A DNA stretch of 64,000 nt from Bacteroidota bacterium (GCA_016699695.1 CP065006.1:3037435-3101434), one strand, 5' to 3'; numbered from the stretch's first letter, positions 49,216 to 58,995 are shown. The notes: generated by a model from the letters alone, not told the origin. A program made the numbers and translations.

Positions 49216-50508
49216 TCAGACAAGTTTAGCCAGCACGGTTTTGTCCTTGTCGTTCAGCACTTCACTTATTACTACTTTCTGAAAGCTGTTTTTTGCAAGT
49301 GTATGGCCTTTTACCCATACTGGCACAAAGTTTTCTCCATAGCCCGATGCCTTAAGGCCTCCTTCCGGTTTTTCAACCAGTAGCATTTGTTCTTTGCCTA
49401 TAAGGCTTTGCCTGTAATGGTATTTACTCTCATCGGAAAGCTGACGGATGAGTTCGCTACGTTCTGTTTTAACTTTTTCATTTACCTGGCCTGGCATTTT
49501 CTCAGCAAGCGTTCCTCGACGCACCGAATACTTAAAGGTGTGGATATGCCCAAACCCAATTTCTCGCACAGTTTTGTATGATTCCGCAAAAAGTTCTTCT
49601 GTTTCGCCCGGAAAGCCAACGATGATATCGGTGGTAAAGTTAAAGTTCGGGTATTTGTTTCGAAAGGTATCAATCAGACTCCGGTATTGGTCGATTGAAT
49701 AAAAACGGCGCATGAGGTCGAGTACTTTCTCAGAACCACTCTGCAGGCACAAATGCAGATGCTGACATAGCTTAGGGTTTTGGAATAAGTCGATAAATTT
49801 CTCTGTAAATCCTTCGGGTTCCATCGACGAGATGCGCACCCTGAAATCGCCGGGTAAAACCAGAATCTTTTCTATCAAATCTTCAAAACTCAACCCTTCG
49901 CTGCGGTAGCGGCTAATGTTTACACCCGTAAGCACAACCTCTTTACGACCCAAATCTACCACCTGGCGTATGTTGTCCAACACATCCTGTACAGGACGGC
50001 TATTGGCCCTGCCTCTCACTTTGGGTACAATGCAATAGGTGCAATAATTGTTGCAGCCATCCTGAATTTTTATCATGCTGCGGGTATGCATTCCGTCCTC
50101 TACTACTGTAAAGTTGAATAAATCCTGCTTTAGGTCGTTGGGGTGAAGGATCTCACCTTTCAGGTGGGCATCGACCAGGGGAAAGACTGAACTCTTTTCC
50201 TTATTACCGACCACATAAGTCAGGTCACTGCGGTTCTCGAGGTATTCCTGTTGGCTGGTTACCATGCATCCGGTAACAATAGTGATGCCGCCATTGCCGG
50301 CGTGACGCACAGCCTGGTTAATGGTGTTTTTCGATTTCTGGTCGCTCTGATTGGTAACTGTGCAGGTGTTTACAATGTACACATCGGCAGGTGCATGAAA
50401 GGGAACAATCTCATAACCGGCTTTGCTGAAATCGGTGATAATCGAATCGGTTTCGAACTGGTTGAGCCTGCATCCGAGTGTTTTAAAGGCTACGCGCTTT
50501 TTGTTCAT
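49216..50508 (-). CDS. mtaB: tRNA t6A37 methylthiotransferase
   Basis: 430 aa with LGCRLNQFE, NTCTVT and radical-SAM IQDGCNNYCTYCIVP motifs plus a C-terminal TRAM-like region. Confidence 0.8.
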   Translation of the reverse strand: MNKKRVAFKTLGCRLNQFETDSIITDFSKAGYEIVPFHAPADVYIVNTCTVTNQSDQKSKNTINQAVRHAGNGGITIVTGCMVTSQQEYLENRSDLTYVVGNKEKSSVFPLVDAHLKGEILHPNDLKQDLFNFTVVEDGMHTRSMIKIQDGCNNYCTYCIVPKVRGRANSRPVQDVLDNIRQVVDLGRKEVVLTGVNISRYRSEGLSFEDLIEKILVLPGDFRVRISSMEPEGFTEKFIDLFQNPKLCQHLHLCLQSGSEKVLDLMRRFYSIDQYRSLIDTFRNKYPNFNFTTDIIVGFPGETEELFAESYKTVREIGFGHIHTFKYSVRRGTLAEKMPGQVNEKVKTERSELIRQLSDESKYHYRQSLIGKEQMLLVEKPEGGLKASGYGENFVPVWVKGHTLAKNSFQKVVISEVLNDKDKTVLAKLV

Positions 50509-51959
50509 GCTACACTATTTACTTCTTCAAACACATTTATCAATTCGCCTTCGGTGGCGAAATCGACAACAGAGGTTATTTTAACCATAGCAAAACGGCC
50601 AATCAGACTTTCGTCGTCGCAGGCAAAGCGCACAATTATTTTTCCTTCGTTTACAGCCGACAAATACCTTCCTTTGCGGTCTTTTTGCACCACCAGCACT
50701 TTTTGCAAACTGCCAATCAGGCTCTGGTTATAGGCAAGCGATTGCTTCGCCAAAAGGTCGGAGAGGTCGTGCAAACGATGCTTTTTTATGTCATAAGGAA
50801 TATCATCGTCCCAGCGGGCACTGCGTGCTCCCGGCCGGGGAGAGTAGCGGGCAATATAGGCCATGTTGAACTGAAATTCTTTCATAGCCAATACGGTGTT
50901 CTGGTATTGCTCTTCGGTTTCGCCTGTAAATCCCACGATGATGTCGGTAAAAAGGGTTGCCTGTGGAATAATACGGCGGATCGATTGCACAATGCGTCGG
51001 TAATCATTCAGGTTGTGGTTCCGGTTCATGCGAATGAGTACATGGTCGTCGCCCGATTGCATGGGCAGGTGTATCTGTTTAGCCAGGCATTTATATCGTG
51101 CAATGGTTTCGAGCACATCGTCGGTCATATCCTGGGGATGGGGCGAGGTGAAATATACCCAGAAGTCGCGCCCACTTTCTTCGCCCATGAGTCCAATTTT
51201 TTCGAGCAGCTGGGCAAAACTCAGTTCTTCGCCCTTTTTGTCGTGTCCATAGGAGTTTACATTCTGTCCGAGAAGAGTAATGGATTTGTAACCATTTCTG
51301 ACTAAACGCTCTGCTTCGGCAATAATTTCACCCGAAGGCCTCGATATTTCCCTGCCACGGGTGAAGGGCACTGCGCAATAGGTGCAAAATTTATCGCATC
51401 CATTCTGAATAGGAATAAAGGCTTCGAAGTTAGAATTGTAGGTGGGGTTGATATCCCAGAATTGTTCGATGCGGTGGTCGGCTTTGTTCATCAGCACCGG
51501 CTTGCCGGCAATGGTTGTTTTATGGTCGAACCTGATTTGTGTGAAATCAATAGAGCTTTGATTTGCAAGTTCCTCTTGCATTTCAACCTTCTCTTCATGC
51601 TGGATCCGCACAGGAAGGGCAACGCCATATTGGCTTACCATTGCAGGAAGCTGGGATAGTTCACTCATCTGAAAAACCAGGTCGAACAGCTTTAAAAATT
51701 TATCCCTGTCGGCAGGCAATACGCAACCGGAAACAAAGGTAACCAGCTGGCGCTTATTTTTCCATTTATTCCATTTATCGATTTTGGTATACACCTTATC
51801 GATGGCTTTCTGGCGCACCGAACAGGCAACCAGACCAAGAAAATCAGCGTCCTCTTCTTCATCGCACCAGGTAAAACCCATGCTTTCAATTACATGCTTA
51901 AGCCGTTCGCTGTCCGACTTATTCATCTGACAACCTAAGGTTACAACGTGGTATTTCAT
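50505..51959 (-). CDS. miaB: MiaB-like radical-SAM methylthiotransferase (tRNA i6A37 type) with extended inter-domain linker
   Basis: The start is taken at MKYHVVTLGCQMN (51959). Cys10/46/79 and C188xxxC192xxC195 are present, with a TRAM-like C-terminus. It overlaps the mtaB start by 4 nt. Confidence 0.65.
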   Translation of the reverse strand: MKYHVVTLGCQMNKSDSERLKHVIESMGFTWCDEEEDADFLGLVACSVRQKAIDKVYTKIDKWNKWKNKRQLVTFVSGCVLPADRDKFLKLFDLVFQMSELSQLPAMVSQYGVALPVRIQHEEKVEMQEELANQSSIDFTQIRFDHKTTIAGKPVLMNKADHRIEQFWDINPTYNSNFEAFIPIQNGCDKFCTYCAVPFTRGREISRPSGEIIAEAERLVRNGYKSITLLGQNVNSYGHDKKGEELSFAQLLEKIGLMGEESGRDFWVYFTSPHPQDMTDDVLETIARYKCLAKQIHLPMQSGDDHVLIRMNRNHNLNDYRRIVQSIRRIIPQATLFTDIIVGFTGETEEQYQNTVLAMKEFQFNMAYIARYSPRPGARSARWDDDIPYDIKKHRLHDLSDLLAKQSLAYNQSLIGSLQKVLVVQKDRKGRYLSAVNEGKIIVRFACDDESLIGRFAMVKITSVVDFATEGELINVFEEVNSVA

Positions 51960-52052
51960 TTTTATCAAACTTGTGAGCACAAAGTACAAGCCTCGAAATA
52001 AACTTCTGTCAGGTTTTCTCCTTATCGAAGTAATCTTCTGTTTTACCTTATG

Positions 52053-52757
52053 CTAGAAATATACTTCTGTACGAATATTGTCGGGCGAGATTCCTTTGGT
52101 AGTAAGGATATCATACACTTCGTGAATCATTTCGTAATTGCCGCAAAGATATACCAAAGTATCGGAATCGATGGCATGCGCACGGAGGTAATCGGTTACA
52201 CGGCCATGAAAGGTACCGGACCGGTCGCGTGAAGTGCAGCCGATATAGCTTCCCTCTGGATATTCATGGGCAGCATACTGCTCATTGCCGAATTTAACCC
52301 CATGCAGCAGGGTGTATTTCAGATTTTTATGGCTGTTTACAATGCTGTGGAAGGGTGCAATGCCTGTTCCGGAAGCAATAAAAAGGTATTTGTGCGTGGC
52401 AGTTTTCTTTGCATCAAGGGTAAAGAATCCAAAAGGACCCTCCACCTTAATGGGCTGTCCGGCACTGAGCTTTTTAAGCTTTTTCGATACATGTCCCTCT
52501 TCAACCTCTTTAATCAACACCTCCAGATAATCTACATTGTTGGCACTGTACACCGAGTATTCCCTGAGCTGTTTGTCATCCGGCATACCCAGTGTAATAT
52601 GCTGTCCCGGGCTAAACTCCATTCCATGCCTGTCGAAGCGAAGAATGTAGGTCGATTCGGTAAGGTTTTTTACCGAATGAATGCGGAAAACCGTATCTTC
52701 CGTTGAGGCATTCTTAGGGCTTAGTAACTGATCGGGGGTGTATTCTTGTTGATTCAT
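52053..52757 (-). CDS. Ferredoxin/flavodoxin--NADP+ reductase (Fpr-type)
   Basis: The start is taken at MNQQEY (52757). It has the RxYS FAD motif (REYSVYS), GTGIAP NADP motif and an aromatic C-terminus (EVYF). Confidence 0.8.
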   Translation of the reverse strand: MNQQEYTPDQLLSPKNASTEDTVFRIHSVKNLTESTYILRFDRHGMEFSPGQHITLGMPDDKQLREYSVYSANNVDYLEVLIKEVEEGHVSKKLKKLSAGQPIKVEGPFGFFTLDAKKTATHKYLFIASGTGIAPFHSIVNSHKNLKYTLLHGVKFGNEQYAAHEYPEGSYIGCTSRDRSGTFHGRVTDYLRAHAIDSDTLVYLCGNYEMIHEVYDILTTKGISPDNIRTEVYF

Positions 52758-52898
52758 ACCTGCTATTTGAATTAATTCTAAATAAACCTCTCTAACGGAA
52801 AAAATTGCAGATTGTTCAAAAATTATGCATTTTAACAAAACAATCCATTCGGTTGTAGTATACTAAATCCTGATTGCATACAATATTGAAGAAAAGCC

Positions 52899-53624
52899 AT
52901 GGTAGCTAAAAGCAACATTTCGTTCAGAGAGCTTTATAAACTTGTAGCTTCTGTATTTCGGAAATTGCTGCTGGTTCTGGGCATTCTATTTTTTACCGCA
53001 CTTGTTTTAAGCTTTACACACATTCCTTATTGGCAGTACTACACCTTAGGAACCCACAAGTGTGAACTTTCTGCCGATCCGGATTATATTGTGCTGATGG
53101 GAGGTGGAGGAATGCCCGGTGCCGATGGACTGATCAGGGCTTATTATGCGGCAGGGGCTTGGGAAAGAGCACCCAAGGCAGAGATCATAATCGCCATTCC
53201 GGCAGATACATCCAATCCCTATGGCTCGCCTGAATTGCAATTGAGAAATGAATTGGTTATGCGCGGAGTGGATAATAGCCTCATTCTTTTCGAGACCAGT
53301 GGGTACAGCACCTATACCCAGGCTCTGGCCATAAAGGATATGTTTTCCTTGCAAGCACTCGACACCCTGGTGTTTCGGTTGGTAACCACTCCCGAACACA
53401 TGTACAGGTCGGTACAGGTATTTCGCAAGGCCGGCTTCAGTTTTGTCGGAAGTACTCCTGCATTCGAAAAGGGAATCTCTGAAAAGAGCCTGCTTCGAAA
53501 GGAAGATCAAAACCGATCGGTACTTAACCTGCGTTACAACATGTGGAGTTACCTTCAATACGAAATTACCGTGGTGCGCGAATACTGCGCTTTGGCCTAC
53601 TACAAACTACGGGGTTGGATTTAA
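52899..53624 (+). CDS. YdcF/ElyC (DUF218) family protein
   Basis: 241 aa with an N-terminal TM and the DUF218-like pattern DYIVLMGGGG...SGYSTYTQA. Confidence 0.7.
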   Translation: MVAKSNISFRELYKLVASVFRKLLLVLGILFFTALVLSFTHIPYWQYYTLGTHKCELSADPDYIVLMGGGGMPGADGLIRAYYAAGAWERAPKAEIIIAIPADTSNPYGSPELQLRNELVMRGVDNSLILFETSGYSTYTQALAIKDMFSLQALDTLVFRLVTTPEHMYRSVQVFRKAGFSFVGSTPAFEKGISEKSLLRKEDQNRSVLNLRYNMWSYLQYEITVVREYCALAYYKLRGWI

Positions 53625-53686
53625 TATCCCTATTGGCCATAAAGACTTAGATATTCACTTCGATTTGTGCATTCTTTCATTTAAAG

Positions 53687-53694
53687 TAAATTTG
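53687..53694 (+). promoter_or_regulatory. Candidate -7 box (TAAATTTG) with upstream TTTG
   Basis: TAnnTTTG match 23 nt upstream of the mutS2 GTG start. A TTTG at 53664-53667 lies 19 nt upstream, which is -33-like spacing. Confidence 0.4.
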
Positions 53695-53717
53695 TGCCTT
53701 AGTAAATATTATTTCAG

Positions 53718-56198
53718 GTGATATATCCTTCGGGTTTCGAGCAAAAAACAGGTTTCGACCGCATACGGGCCATGATAATAGAGTCCTGTTTGTGCGATTT
53801 GGGTCGCGAGCGGGCAGAGGAAATGCGGTTCATGACAGATTTTAAAATCATTCAGTCTGAATTGCAAATAACCTCCGAACTAAAGGCAGTGCTGGAGATG
53901 GAAGAACATTTTCCGCAGGACGGCTACCTCGATGCCCGTAAAAGCATTCTTAAAGCGCGTGTCGAAGGAGCCTTTCCCGAGGTAGTCGATCTAGTGCTGA
54001 TAAGAAAATCGCTGGCGGTTATTATTCAAATTTCCAGGTTTTTTGCCGACGCCGAACGTCGTTCGAAATATCCGCTACTTTATCAGCTTTCTTCTCAGGT
54101 CGAAACATTTCCGGCTATCATCAAAGAAATAAACAGACTTGTCGACGATACCGGCAAGATAAAAGACAATGCTTCGCCTGAGTTACAGGATATTTGCAGC
54201 ACGCTGCGCCAAAAGCAAACAGAAGTCAACAGGAAGCTCATTTCCATTCTCAAGCAAGCCAAGGCCGAGGGTCTTGTGGAGGAAGATGCCGACATCACCT
54301 TTCGGAACGAAAGGCCGGTGATTCCTATGTTGGCAGCTGGTAAGCGACGATTAGGTGGAATGATCCACGATGAATCGGCCACCGGAAAAACTGCCTTTGT
54401 GGAGCCTGCTGCCATTGTAGAACTCAACAACCGTGTGCGCGAGTTGCTGCTGGCCGAATCGCGCGAAATAAAGCGTATACTCCTGGCCTTTGCCGATTTT
54501 CTGCGACCCGAAATAGAAAACCTACTGGCGAGCTATGACTTTTTAGCCACTATTGACTTTTTGCGTGCCAAGGCACGCTTTGCCAGACAAATTAAAGCCT
54601 GTCTGCCTGTTCTGAACCATGAACAGGCCTTCCGCTGGAAGCAGGCTGTACATCCCTTACTCTATCTTGCCCATTCAGCCGAAGAAAAATCCATTGTGCC
54701 ACTGGATATTTACCTCACTGCCGAAAATCGCATTTTGGTTATCTCCGGGCCCAACGCCGGGGGTAAATCGGTGTGTCTTAAAACGGTGGGGTTGCTGCAG
54801 TATATGCTGCAATGCGGATTGCTGGTACCTGTAAGTCCCAATTCTGAGGCTGGGGTTTTTGAATCCATTTTTATCGACATTGGTGATGAACAATCGATTG
54901 ATAACGATCTGAGCACCTACAGCGGCCACCTCGAGAACATGAAGTTTTTTGTGAAGCATGCCAACAAGAGTACCTTATTGCTTATCGATGAATTTGGAAC
55001 CGGCACCGAGCCCAACCTGGGTGGGGCCATTGCCGAAGCGGTGTTGGAGAAGCTTCACCAGCAGCAGGTGTTTGGTGTCATCACCACCCATTATGCCAAC
55101 CTGAAGCATTTTGCGTCGCAAACACCTGGCATTGCCAATGGTGCCATGCTTTTCGATTCGCAATCGATTAAGCCGCTCTACCAACTATCAATTGGTAAGC
55201 CTGGTAGTTCTTTTGCAATCGACATTGCCCGAAAAATTGGACTTCCGGAAGATATTCTTCAAAGTGCATCTGCCAAAATAGGCGAAGAACATTTTAATTA
55301 CGACAAACAGCTTCGCGAAATTGCGCGCGACAAGCGCTATTGGGAAGAAAAAAGACAACGTATCCGGAAGGTGGAAAAGACTCTCGATGAGTTATATGCG
55401 CGCTATGGCGGGGAGCTTGAAAATATTCAGAAAGAACGTCGCCGCATACTTTCCGAAGCGAAAGAAGAGGCAAAAATGCTTTTAAAAGAAGCCAATGCCT
55501 CCATCGAACGCACCATTCGCGACATAAAGGAGGCACAGGCCGAAAAGGAACATACACGCATTGTCCGTGAACGCTTTGAAAATGACCGCGCTCAGCTTGA
55601 GAAAAAAACCTCCGAAACAGCTGATCCTTATACCAAAAAGCAGGAAGAACTGCGAAAGGCCGGAAAAACTCTGGTCGAACGCAGCACCGAGCTTAAAGAG
55701 ATAAGTTTGAAAAAGGTAAAACCTAAAAAAGAGCCTGTCTTGCAAGCAGGCGATAAGGTAAAACTGCAGGGCATGGATTCGGAGGGAGAAGTGATAAAAA
55801 CAGAAGGTAAATACATTACAGTTGCATTCGGAAATATGATAAGCACAGTGCATGCCGATAAAATTGTACGTGGCAATGAGTCAGAAGAAAAGAGCGTAAA
55901 AAACGCAGTAAAAACCCGCCTTTCTCCCGAACTGCAGGCCCGACGATTTAGTTTTAAACCCGATATCGATGTGCGAGGCCTGCGTGGCGAAGCTGCCTTG
56001 ATGCAGATACAGCTATTTCTCGATGGAGCCATCATGTCAGGGGCCCACCAGCTAAGCATTCTGCATGGAAAAGGCAATGGTATTTTGCGACAACTTATTC
56101 GCGAGTATCTTCTGGCCTCGGGCTATGTAAAGTCGTGCACCGATGCCCATGCCGACAGAGGTGGCGCTGGAATTACAGAAGTGGTTTTAGAATATTAA
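53718..56198 (+). CDS. mutS2: Endonuclease MutS2 (MutS domain V ATPase + C-terminal Smr)
   Basis: 826 aa from a GTG start (MIYPSGFEQKTGFD). Walker A is GPNAGGKS and the DEFGTGTEP motif is present. The Smr end has LHGKGNGILR. Confidence 0.9.
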   Translation: MIYPSGFEQKTGFDRIRAMIIESCLCDLGRERAEEMRFMTDFKIIQSELQITSELKAVLEMEEHFPQDGYLDARKSILKARVEGAFPEVVDLVLIRKSLAVIIQISRFFADAERRSKYPLLYQLSSQVETFPAIIKEINRLVDDTGKIKDNASPELQDICSTLRQKQTEVNRKLISILKQAKAEGLVEEDADITFRNERPVIPMLAAGKRRLGGMIHDESATGKTAFVEPAAIVELNNRVRELLLAESREIKRILLAFADFLRPEIENLLASYDFLATIDFLRAKARFARQIKACLPVLNHEQAFRWKQAVHPLLYLAHSAEEKSIVPLDIYLTAENRILVISGPNAGGKSVCLKTVGLLQYMLQCGLLVPVSPNSEAGVFESIFIDIGDEQSIDNDLSTYSGHLENMKFFVKHANKSTLLLIDEFGTGTEPNLGGAIAEAVLEKLHQQQVFGVITTHYANLKHFASQTPGIANGAMLFDSQSIKPLYQLSIGKPGSSFAIDIARKIGLPEDILQSASAKIGEEHFNYDKQLREIARDKRYWEEKRQRIRKVEKTLDELYARYGGELENIQKERRRILSEAKEEAKMLLKEANASIERTIRDIKEAQAEKEHTRIVRERFENDRAQLEKKTSETADPYTKKQEELRKAGKTLVERSTELKEISLKKVKPKKEPVLQAGDKVKLQGMDSEGEVIKTEGKYITVAFGNMISTVHADKIVRGNESEEKSVKNAVKTRLSPELQARRFSFKPDIDVRGLRGEAALMQIQLFLDGAIMSGAHQLSILHGKGNGILRQLIREYLLASGYVKSCTDAHADRGGAGITEVVLEY

Positions 56199-56220
56199 AC
56201 AGTAATAAATTCTGAATAGC

Positions 56221-57495
56221 ATGCTCACCATTTATTCACCCCAAACAGGTCCGCGCTTACAATATGTTTGTCGGTTGGTGTTTGAAACTATACTTCAGCA
56301 GCCCTACATTCTTACCAACCAGCTTTCAGAGGCAGGTTCAGGAACCATCAACTACAGTTCTCAGTCCATCGAGGGTGCTTTTCGCATCGAACCTTCGGGA
56401 TTGCTTGAACAAACCGGCATTGGCAATCACGAACTTTATCCGGGTGAACTGGATGGAATAAAAACCCTTTTTCACCATGGAAAGGGCGATCTGAAATTCG
56501 ATATTTTTTCGGCAGTGTTTTACCTCTGCAGCCGTTATGAAGAATACCTTCCCCACGAACCCGATGAACATGGACGTTACAGGGCCGAAGACAGTGTGGC
56601 CTATCGTTATGGTTTTTTACAGGAGCCTGTAGTGGAACTCTGGGTAAAGCACCTGGCAGAATGCTTGAAAGTACCTTTTCCTTTGGAAAATTTTCAATTT
56701 CAGCTCACTGTGGATGTCGATCAGGCATGGAAATATGCACACCGCGGGTTTTTAATTACTTCAGGTGCCCTGCTGCGAGACTTTTTTACCGGCCGTTGGA
56801 ACGAAATAACAAACAGGATTAAAGTATGTGCGGGCTTTAGTACCGATCCCTGGGATTCCTATTCATGGTTTGCATCACTCGAACAGAAACTTTCCAAACC
56901 GATACGTTATTTCTTCCTGATGCATGGCGAAAAACCCTTTGATCCGAAAGTTTGCAGGAAAGGAAAAGCATTCCGCAAATTGGTTTCGGGAATTAATGAC
57001 CACAATAAAGCAGGGCTGCATCCTTCTTATGTTTCGCACAAAAACTACCGGCTATTAAGCAAAGAGTATTACAATCTCTCTTTTCTGATGCATAATAAGC
57101 CCCGCCACAGTCGTCAGCACTTTTTAAAATTTAAGCTTCCGGCGAGTTATGAGCATCTTATAAAGCTAGGCATACTCGAAGAACACTCCATGGGCTATGC
57201 CAGCCAACCCGGTTTCAGAGCAGGAATAAGCAGGCCTTTTTATTGGTACAACCTGCCCGCCGAAAAGGAAAGCCATTTGCTTGTGGTTCCTTTTGTTGCC
57301 ATGGACCGTACATTAAAGGATTACTTGGGCTTGTCTCCTGATGAAGCCTTTGAAAGCTTGTTATCGCTGTCCGGGAAAATAAAATCCATTGGCGGACAGT
57401 TTACCCTTCTCTGGCACAACGACAGTGCCTCCGGAGAGGGCGAGTGGGAAGGATGGAAGGAAGTGTTGGAAGGAATTATTGGACAAGCAGCTTAG
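56221..57495 (+). CDS. Polysaccharide-deacetylase-like protein with DUF7033-like N-terminus (hypothetical)
   Basis: 424 aa. The N-terminal pattern IYSPQTGPRLQYVCRLVFE resembles a conserved Bacteroidota family, recalled from memory only. Confidence 0.45.
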   Translation: MLTIYSPQTGPRLQYVCRLVFETILQQPYILTNQLSEAGSGTINYSSQSIEGAFRIEPSGLLEQTGIGNHELYPGELDGIKTLFHHGKGDLKFDIFSAVFYLCSRYEEYLPHEPDEHGRYRAEDSVAYRYGFLQEPVVELWVKHLAECLKVPFPLENFQFQLTVDVDQAWKYAHRGFLITSGALLRDFFTGRWNEITNRIKVCAGFSTDPWDSYSWFASLEQKLSKPIRYFFLMHGEKPFDPKVCRKGKAFRKLVSGINDHNKAGLHPSYVSHKNYRLLSKEYYNLSFLMHNKPRHSRQHFLKFKLPASYEHLIKLGILEEHSMGYASQPGFRAGISRPFYWYNLPAEKESHLLVVPFVAMDRTLKDYLGLSPDEAFESLLSLSGKIKSIGGQFTLLWHNDSASGEGEWEGWKEVLEGIIGQAA

Positions 57496-57546
57496 TAATG
57501 TACTAACTAATGCAAAGATTCAAATGACAAATCTGAGTAATAATTA

Positions 57547-57567
57547 GTAAATTTGCGCTAATGCGCA
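57547..57567 (+). promoter_or_regulatory. Candidate -7 box (TAAATTTG) overlapping a 6-4-6 palindrome (TTGCGC-TAAT-GCGCAA)
   Basis: The box is at 57547-57554 and the palindrome at 57552-57567. It ends 23 nt upstream of the DUF2281 antitoxin start. Confidence 0.4.
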
Positions 57568-57590
57568 ATTTGGGTTAAACATATAAAAGT

Positions 57591-57800
57591 ATGACTGATA
57601 TTCAACTATATACAAAATTATCAGGGTTACCTTCAGATTTAAAATCTGAGGTTGCTGATTTTATCGATTTTTTAAACTTTAAGTCAAAAAAAGGTGACAG
57701 CAAAAATGCAATTAGAATATCGGGTAAGGCAAAAGGTCTTATAGCCATAAAAGATAATTTTGATGATCCAATTGAAGGATTTAGTGATTATTTAAAATGA
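57591..57800 (+). CDS. DUF2281-family antitoxin-like protein
   Basis: 69 aa with LPSDLKSEVADFIDFL and GLIAIKDNFDDPIEGFSDY patterns typical of DUF2281 partners of PIN toxins. Confidence 0.7.
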   Translation: MTDIQLYTKLSGLPSDLKSEVADFIDFLNFKSKKGDSKNAIRISGKAKGLIAIKDNFDDPIEGFSDYLK

Positions 57801-57916
57801 ACTTACTGATAGATACGCATGCATTGATTTGGTTCATTACCGACAATGCTAAATTACCTCATAAAACCAAGCAGATAATTGAAAACAAGGATATCATCTT
57901 TTATGTTAGCATTTAG
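57797..57916 (+). pseudogene. Truncated/decayed PIN-domain (VapC-like) toxin remnant
   Basis: ATGA overlap with the antitoxin stop. It encodes MNLLIDTHALIWFITDNAKLP... for only 39 aa. The same frame continues as *NYPIIWEK*, a degraded IWEIAIK-like block. Confidence 0.6.
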
Positions 57917-58074
57917 AATTATCCTATAATTTGGGAAAAATAGCCATTAAACCACACAGCAATTCTCCTTTTATCCTCTCTAACTTTTTACTTTTTTTAA
58001 ATCATGTTCATTTACTTCTTGTAAGAGTTGTAACTTTCGCTAATTGGCGAACAATCAATTGAAAACACAAACAA

Positions 58075-58995
58075 ATGGTACGCTATTTAAAGCATCATGA
58101 AATTGACAAGGCCAAATGGGATACCTGCATCGAAAAGGCACCCAATGGACTGATTTATGCCTTGAGCTGGTACCTCGATATTGTATCGCCATATTGGGAG
58201 GGTTTGGTAAAAGGCGATTACGAAACAGTGATGCCTTTGCCGGTAAAAAGAAAACTAGGAATTAAATACATTGCACAGCCTATTTTTACTCAGCAACTAG
58301 GAATTTTTAGCAATTCAGATGATTTTTTCACACTTGAAGAAATCATTTATGTGTTGAAATCAAATTATTTTTTTGGTTTCCTGCAATTCAACGCTTTCTT
58401 TCAAAATTATTCTCAGAATAAAATAAAAGTTAGAGAGAATTTAATTCTTAAACTCAACAAACCATATTCCGAAATTTTTTCAGGTTTTAAACCGAATCAT
58501 AAGCGAAATATTAAAAAAGCCCAAAAGTACAATTTGCAAATTGAACACGATATATCAATTCAGGTTCTAAAAGAATTTTATAGAAAAGTCGCATGGCCAG
58601 AAAAGTATAATCTGAAGGAAAAACATTATCAACTGCTACTAAGGTTGATTAATGGTGCATTAATTAATAGATCATGCGAAATAGTAGGTGCTTTTCATAA
58701 GGGGCAACTTCAAAGTATTGTTATCGGTTTATTGTTTAATAAACGGCTGACTTATCTTTTCCCAATAACAAGTGATCAAGGATATGATCTGGGCGTTCAG
58801 TTTTTTTTAGTCGATGAGCTTATTAAAATATATTCGGGTAAAGGAATTTGCATCGACTTTGAAGGTTCTTCAATAGAAGGTGTTGCCAGGTTTTATAAGG
58901 GGTTTGGGGCGGAGACTGAAAACTATTTTCAATTAAGGTTCAATAAAAATATTTTAGGAGAACTTATCTTACGAGCTATAAACTATTTTTCTTGA
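58075..58995 (+). CDS. Hypothetical GNAT/FemAB-like acyltransferase-fold protein
   Basis: 306 aa. The N-terminal WDTCIEKAPNGLIYALSWYLDIV...YETVMPLPVK pattern resembles a conserved Bacteroidota family, recalled from memory only. Confidence 0.45.
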   Translation: MVRYLKHHEIDKAKWDTCIEKAPNGLIYALSWYLDIVSPYWEGLVKGDYETVMPLPVKRKLGIKYIAQPIFTQQLGIFSNSDDFFTLEEIIYVLKSNYFFGFLQFNAFFQNYSQNKIKVRENLILKLNKPYSEIFSGFKPNHKRNIKKAQKYNLQIEHDISIQVLKEFYRKVAWPEKYNLKEKHYQLLLRLINGALINRSCEIVGAFHKGQLQSIVIGLLFNKRLTYLFPITSDQGYDLGVQFFLVDELIKIYSGKGICIDFEGSSIEGVARFYKGFGAETENYFQLRFNKNILGELILRAINYFS

